Of a stretch of DNA of 64,000 bases, positions 59,876-64,000 are shown in pieces. A program made the translations under genes and the position numbers. The notes beneath the pieces are model-generated. The model saw only the letters and a list, made by a program, of their open reading frames with translations. It searched no databases and was not told the origin of the DNA. The DNA comes from Clostridia bacterium (GTDB taxonomy: Bacteria; Bacillota; Clostridia; Oscillospirales; CAG-272): positions 5,750 to 69,749 of the forward strand of contig JAFVRG010000015.1 of the NCBI GenBank assembly GCA_017504405.1. Direction: 5' to 3'. How positions within the stretch are numbered: the stretch's first letter is position 1; each line of letters opens with the position of its first letter.

Positions 59876-60538
59876 ATGATATTTAACAATATGGACAGAA
59901 TAGTTTTTGCAGGAGATTCCGTAACCGATATGGGCCGTTCAAGACCTGTTGGCGAAGGACTTGGTGATAGCGTTGGACACGGATACGTGCGTATGGTTGA
60001 AAATTTGCTCTCTGCGTGCTATCCCGAGGTAAAGCTGCGTATCAGCAACGTTGGATGCAGCGGTGACCGTTCAAGCCATCTTCTTGCCCGTTGGGAGCAG
60101 GACGTTGTTGCTTTAAAGCCCGACTGGGTGAGCATCTGCATAGGAATTAACGACGTTTGGCGTCAGTTTGATATGCCCGCAACTCCCGAGCAATGGTGCT
60201 TACCTTCGGAATACGAGGCAAACCTTGAAAAAATGCTGATTTCCGCAAAGAGTATAAGCAAGGGCGTATTCCTGATGACTCCCTACTATATGGAGCCAAA
60301 CGCAGATGACTGGATGCGTGCGAGGATGGACGAATACGGAGCTATATGCAAAAAGCTCGCTGAAAAGCACGGCGTAGAGTTTATCGACCTGCAAGCAATG
60401 TTCAACGAATATTTTAAGCACCGTCATTCCTCATATATCGCCTGGGACAGAGTTCACCCCAACCAGGTCGGCGCAACACTTATAGCAAGAGAGTTCCTCT
60501 CTCACTGTGACTTTGATTACAACCACACCGCAAAATAA
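59876..60538 (+). CDS. SGNH/GDSL hydrolase family protein
   Basis: RIVFAGDSVTD block I, GINDV block III, DRVHP block V. ATG 59876 lies 6 nt after GAGGTG. Confidence 0.75.
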   Translation: MIFNNMDRIVFAGDSVTDMGRSRPVGEGLGDSVGHGYVRMVENLLSACYPEVKLRISNVGCSGDRSSHLLARWEQDVVALKPDWVSICIGINDVWRQFDMPATPEQWCLPSEYEANLEKMLISAKSISKGVFLMTPYYMEPNADDWMRARMDEYGAICKKLAEKHGVEFIDLQAMFNEYFKHRHSSYIAWDRVHPNQVGATLIAREFLSHCDFDYNHTAK

Positions 60539-60541
60539 AAC

Positions 60542-60572
60542 AAAAAGCCCTGCTCCCGCAGGGCTTTTTATT
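60542..60572 (+). terminator. rho-independent terminator
   Basis: AGCCCTGC-TCCC-GCAGGGCT followed by TTTTT. Confidence 0.65.
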
Positions 60573-60627
60573 ATCAAAACTATCACCGCAATTTTAATCC
60601 AACCGTTAAATTGGGATTTGACATTAT

Positions 60628-61308
60628 TTATTCGAATTTAATGCTTCCCGTGTTTGTTTTTATTTCACATCTTCCACCGATTGCTTCTCCAATAGGGGTT
60701 TTTGGTATTTCTATTTTGCCAGTGTTAGTGCGGACTATAAACACCATGTTAGACGGCAGTCTGCCACAAACCCTTCCTGTGTTGGTTTTTACAAAAATCT
60801 CACGGGAAGAGCAATTGTTTAATAAAACCTTTCCAGTGTCTCGTTTGATTGAAATGCTTTCTTCCGCAGTAAATTTGTTCAACGAAATAGATCCGGTATT
60901 TCCTTTTGAATTAAAAGCTTGGCAGAAGACATTTTCTAAATTAATTTTTCCAGTGTTTATCTGGATATCTAAAGTTCCTTTACAATTTATTGAAAAGATA
61001 TCGACGTGTCCTGTATTGGACTTTGTCGAGATCGTTTCGAGCATTGATTTAGGGATACATAGTCTAATTTCCGAACGGTCTAGACCAATTCTTAAAAAAT
61101 TGTACCATCTTGTTTTTGCCAATTTAATTGTAAGCGTATCATCTTCAATGAAAAATTCGTATGGATGTTTTTTATTTTCGAAAAAAAATAATTTTGTGCC
61201 ACCGTCGCTTGACGGTTCTATCTTTACGTTCGCATCTTTCGCATTAAGAAATATTTTTTTATACGTATCTGTTATTTCATATGTGTTTGTAACGTATTTT
61301 GCAATCAT
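60628..61308 (-). CDS. DUF4097-like beta-strand repeat protein
   Basis: Repeated NTG(K/R/S)I/V motifs (TGHVDI, TGKINL, TGSISL, TGKVLL, TGRVCG, TGKIEI, TGSIKF). SD GGAGG 6 nt upstream of ATG 61308. Confidence 0.6.
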   Translation of the reverse strand: MIAKYVTNTYEITDTYKKIFLNAKDANVKIEPSSDGGTKLFFFENKKHPYEFFIEDDTLTIKLAKTRWYNFLRIGLDRSEIRLCIPKSMLETISTKSNTGHVDIFSINCKGTLDIQINTGKINLENVFCQAFNSKGNTGSISLNKFTAEESISIKRDTGKVLLNNCSSREIFVKTNTGRVCGRLPSNMVFIVRTNTGKIEIPKTPIGEAIGGRCEIKTNTGSIKFE

Positions 61309-61348
61309 TTTACGCCTCCATATAAACTCAAGTTTATCTATCAGTTGT

Positions 61349-61377
61349 ATTGTACCATAATTTTTACCAAAAGTAAA
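61349..61377 (-). promoter_or_regulatory. sigma-A type promoter of the DUF4097-like gene
   Basis: Minus strand: TTTACT, 17-nt spacer, TGgTACAAT (extended -10). Confidence 0.45.
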
Positions 61378-61400
61378 TAGGACGGCGAAAAGAGTTTACA

Positions 61401-61546
61401 GTTATGAGCTTGCTTCGCAATTGTTATGATTTTGCCTTCGGCAAAAGTTATGATATGATTGCCCGCATCTCCTCAACGCGACGTAGTCGCTCATAGCTTG
61501 GCGTAGCCAATCATAACTCTAAACTTGCCCGAAGGGCAATCATAGT
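61401..61546. repeat. convergent array of triloop hairpins, each abutting the heptamer GTTATGA / TCATA(A/G)N
   Basis: Heptamers at 61401, 61423, 61447 (forward) and 61491, 61511, 61540 (reverse). Hairpins at 61410-20, 61430-46, 61478-90, 61498-510 and 61525-39. Confidence 0.7.
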
Positions 61547-61560
61547 TGCACCTCAGTTCA

Positions 61561-61639
61561 TCCAAGAGATAACAAAAAGCACTCCGCATGTGCGAAGTGC
61601 TTTTTGAAATTCGACCAAAGGTCGAAATTATCTCTTGGA
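61561..61639. repeat. 12-bp perfect inverted repeat enclosing two hairpins (one terminator-like)
   Basis: TCCAAGAGATAA (61561-72) / TTATCTCTTGGA (61628-39). Inside: AAAAAGCACTCCGC-ATGT-GCGAAGTGCTTTTT (61574-605, one internal C/A mismatch in the stem) and TTCGACC-AAA-GGTCGAA (61610-26). Confidence 0.6.
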
Positions 61640-61653
61640 GAAATAAGAACGCT

Positions 61654-61683
61654 GTTTTGTAGTGTTTTATAGCGTTTTGAAAA
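61654..61683. repeat. three tandem 10-bp T-tract repeats
   Basis: GTTTTGTAGT, GTTTTATAGC and GTTTTGAAAA, phased at 10 bp. Confidence 0.6.
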
Positions 61684-61758
61684 GTCCGATAAAATAAGGA
61701 TTTACCTTGATTATTGTATCATAACTTTTTGTAAATTGCAATAGCCTTTTGTATTTTC

Positions 61759-61786
61759 GGACATCAAAAGGACATCACGGACATCA
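61759..61786. repeat. three direct GGACATCA repeats at the integrase 3' end
   Basis: Copies at 61759-66, 61770-77 and 61779-86; the last one contains the integrase stop codon. Confidence 0.65.
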
Positions 61787-62923
61787 ATTTCCATTCAGTT
61801 TTAAGGAAATCAAATCAGCAACTTTTGCCTTTGAGCTTTTCAAAACATCTGCATATACATTCGCTGTTGTTGATACATCTGAATGACCGAGCAACTCACT
61901 TACAATTTTTAAGTCAATACCGCTGTTTATCAAAAGCGTTGCATTGCAATGGCGTAAACTATGCAAAGTGATAAAGTCAAAGTCTGTACCTTTTACAAAT
62001 CGTCTGAATTGTGTGTTGAGTCCTGACCTATCAACAAAATTTCCGCTCTCTGTTGTAAATACCATTTCAGGATAAGTATATAATTTTCCGAGTTTGCTCA
62101 ACTTTTCCTCATTATACTTTTTCTGTTCTCTGAATATATCAGCCAAAATATCAGATAAAGCAATATATCTGTTACTTGTTGCTGTTTTAGGCGGTTGAAG
62201 CCAATGTTTACCGCCCACATCTGTTAAAGTGTTTTCAATGTGTATTGTCTTATTTTCAAAGTCTATATCTTGCCAACGGAGAGCCAAGCACTCACCTGAA
62301 CGCATACCCGTAAATAACAATACTTTTATAATGCGGTTGAATTGTGTGTTATCCTCAACCATTTTTAACAAGTCCTTTGCTTGATTTTCGTCAAGAAAAG
62401 GCTTTTTTTCTTTTGCTGTTTCCGCTTTTGGCAATATAACCGCCTTTGTGCAGGGCGTTTCTTTGATGAAACCTTGCTCCACAGCACGAGCAAAAACACT
62501 TTGCAAAATGACATATACTTTGCGACAAGTCGCAGGCTGATAAGTACGAGTCTTGAAAAACGCTGTAATCTTTGCAGGGGTAAAATCTTTGAGTTTGATG
62601 TTTCCTAATTCAGGGAGCAAATTGTTTTTTATTTGCTTTTCGTAGTTGTAGGCGGTTATCGGCTTTAACTTGTTTTTTGCGTAGTTATCAATAAACCATT
62701 CAGCCATTTCAGAAAACCGCATATTTTCATTTAACGAGGACAGCCCTCTACATTTACGCTCAAATTCAACTGCAAATTCTTGAGCGAGTTTTTCAGCCTT
62801 TTTCGGTGTAGTATTTTCAGGCGGTTTATATGTAGTTGTTTTTCTGATTTTCTTTCCGTTCACATCAAGACCGAGAGAAACCACAATTTGAAATGTGTTG
62901 CCACGCTTATTTATTGTTGCCAT
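61784..62923 (-). CDS. int: tyrosine-type site-specific integrase
   Basis: 379 aa; N-terminal arm-binding-like domain (MATINKRGNTFQIVVSLG), catalytic R (FTGMRSGE), HSLRH, LGHSD...Y (ANVYADV). Confidence 0.9.
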   Translation of the reverse strand: MATINKRGNTFQIVVSLGLDVNGKKIRKTTTYKPPENTTPKKAEKLAQEFAVEFERKCRGLSSLNENMRFSEMAEWFIDNYAKNKLKPITAYNYEKQIKNNLLPELGNIKLKDFTPAKITAFFKTRTYQPATCRKVYVILQSVFARAVEQGFIKETPCTKAVILPKAETAKEKKPFLDENQAKDLLKMVEDNTQFNRIIKVLLFTGMRSGECLALRWQDIDFENKTIHIENTLTDVGGKHWLQPPKTATSNRYIALSDILADIFREQKKYNEEKLSKLGKLYTYPEMVFTTESGNFVDRSGLNTQFRRFVKGTDFDFITLHSLRHCNATLLINSGIDLKIVSELLGHSDVSTTANVYADVLKSSKAKVADLISLKLNGN

Positions 62924-63803
62924 TTTTTACACCGTCCTTATACTTTTTTAAGAAAATCCAATAATCAGATAAGTTTTGCACCGAAGCACATTTTTTGATT
63001 TTTGTCATATACTCTGTACATTCGTCTAAAAAGTCATAAACAAATTGCTCTGTACTTAAATGCTCCCTTACCATTGAGTTATATATTCTTTTCTTTTCTC
63101 TTTGTAATTCTTGATTGATATTCCTAACGGCTTGCTCACAAGGTAAATGCTCATAGCCATTAAATGTGCTTTTTCTGTTACAGTATTTTTTTCTGCTTCC
63201 TGCTCTGCTTCCGTCCTTGAAAAACCAACGCCCACAATGTGAACATTGAGAAAATTTATATCCGTTTTCTAATGCAAAGTGAATTGATGAAAAAATAATA
63301 TCTTTTATATCCGTACTTTCATAACTGTAAAAAATATCGTCTGTTTTACTGTCAATACGCAGTGGTATATAATGCTGATTTTCAACTTCAAACAGTTTGC
63401 GGTTGAGAGTTATTCGTTTACTGTTTGCGTAAATATCAAAAAATTCTTTTGTAAAATTATTGTGTTGGAAATATTCCCTGTAGTCTTTTTCAGCATTATA
63501 AAGTTGATATTCAAAAAATTTATTATTTGTTTCGCTTGTAGCAACAAACAATTTTTTGAAGTAATCAAAGGTATTTTCACAAGCGAGCAAATCACCGTAT
63601 AAATGCAAATAATCAAAATAACAATGTTTAAGGTGAAATAGTGTGATTTTCTCTATTTCATTTTCGGCTTCACCGTCTGCAAAATCCGCTCTCACGCTGT
63701 CGCTCATTTCATCATAATTATCAAAAGTTACTCTCAAATCTAATTGAGCGGACGAGCTTTTTTTAGAATAATATACTGTAAATTTCTGTTTCAATACATT
63801 CAC
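62907..63803 (-). CDS. Cys-rich hypothetical protein coupled to the integrase (DUF6076-like, from memory)
   Basis: About 295 aa; CSHCGRWF...YCNRKS...LPCE cysteine cluster. 17-nt overlap with the int start. Start is GTG 63803, or TTG 63794 (6 nt after GAGAGGTG). Confidence 0.5.
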   Translation of the reverse strand: MNVLKQKFTVYYSKKSSSAQLDLRVTFDNYDEMSDSVRADFADGEAENEIEKITLFHLKHCYFDYLHLYGDLLACENTFDYFKKLFVATSETNNKFFEYQLYNAEKDYREYFQHNNFTKEFFDIYANSKRITLNRKLFEVENQHYIPLRIDSKTDDIFYSYESTDIKDIIFSSIHFALENGYKFSQCSHCGRWFFKDGSRAGSRKKYCNRKSTFNGYEHLPCEQAVRNINQELQREKKRIYNSMVREHLSTEQFVYDFLDECTEYMTKIKKCASVQNLSDYWIFLKKYKDGVKNGNNK

Positions 63804-63830
63804 CTCTCAAAATGTTTCCTTTCATCATAT

Positions 63831-63859
63831 ATTGTATCACAACATTTTGACAATGTCAA
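63831..63859 (-). promoter_or_regulatory. sigma-A type promoter of the accessory-gene/integrase operon
   Basis: Minus strand: TTGACA (63859-54), 17-nt spacer, TGaTACAAT (extended -10, 63839-31). The -35 lies inside the palindrome TTGACAATGTCAA. Confidence 0.55.
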
Positions 63860-63934
63860 TAGTTATCATCATCATTTATAATAAAGTTACAAAGGAAGTG
63901 CACAACCTTTAATTCTACGAAAGGAATAAAAAGA

Positions 63935-64000
63935 ATGTATAATTTAGAAATCAGAATGAAGATAAAACAAAATCGTCTTTGCCATTATGAAGTTGCACGA
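63935..64000 (+). CDS. partial CDS, possibly an XRE-type HTH regulator (N-terminal 22 codons only)
   Basis: ATG 63935 after AAAGGA; MYNLEIRMKIKQNRLCHYEVAR resembles the start of Cro/CI-type HTH proteins. Truncated by the window edge. Confidence 0.3.
   Translation, partial: MYNLEIRMKIKQNRLCHYEVAR

Larger units (their letters stand above)
61380..64000 (-). mobile_element. left end of a putative integrative element (integrase module); the rest lies beyond the window
   Basis: Tyrosine integrase next to a repeat-dense non-coding junction, a coupled accessory gene, a divergent HTH gene, and composition AT-richer by eye than the core genes. Confidence 0.5.

Noticed and set aside
60611-61360. 249-aa plus-strand ORF covering the DUF4097-like gene.
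   Set aside because: The minus-strand frame has a GGAGG SD, a promoter and a regular repeated TG(K/R/S)I/V beta-strand motif. The plus-strand product is a hydrophobic low-complexity string with no SD.
61401-61546. CRISPR array interpretation of the hairpin repeats.
   Set aside because: The units are ~20 nt, contiguous with no spacers, present in both orientations, and there are no cas genes in the window.
61380-61790. tRNA or tmRNA gene as the integration target next to the integrase.
   Set aside because: No T-arm consensus (GGTTCGAATCC-like), no cloverleaf-compatible acceptor stem and no CCA context on either strand. The hairpins here are 4-7 bp triloops, not tRNA arms.

Overview
This is a 64-kb chromosomal window from a spore-forming Firmicute. 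Gene order and proteins look Clostridia-like and the genetic code is standard. I call about 63 protein genes. Almost all are housekeeping genes in classic Gram-positive syntenies: rplU-prp-rpmA, yhbY-nadD-yqeK-(LCP)-rsfS-leuS, rnc-(radical SAM)-smc-ftsY, dprA-topA-trmFO-plsX, infC-rpmI-rplT, lon-engB, scpA-scpB, ytfI/ytfJ-like, a PBP5-like carboxypeptidase, rluB, sigK, prfA-tsaC, ackA/tmcAL and pepP-efp. I recognised no rRNA, tRNA or CRISPR array. Several ORF-track starts are over-extended (the track also counts TTG/GTG as M). I moved them where a Shine-Dalgarno (SD) sequence and family N-termini support an internal start. The only clearly accessory DNA is the right end, about 60.6-64.0 kb, which looks AT-richer by eye. 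It holds a DUF4097-like gene, a 475-nt non-coding gap packed with unexplained hairpin/heptamer units and direct repeats, and a tyrosine integrase translationally coupled to a Cys-rich protein with a divergent HTH gene. I read this as the left end of an integrative element that runs off the window. Other points worth a second look: an in-frame TAA separates dprA from its own C-terminal winged-helix segment; infC probably starts at ATT; an orphan promoter + rod-like hairpin + U-tract module sits upstream of lon (candidate sRNA or attenuator); mazF is solitary and has a C-terminal tail; a U32 (TrhP-like) gene overlaps an FkbM-type methyltransferase gene by ATGA; and an acidic Cys-rich zinc-ribbon protein follows efp. 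All family names come from sequence motifs and memory. No database search was run.
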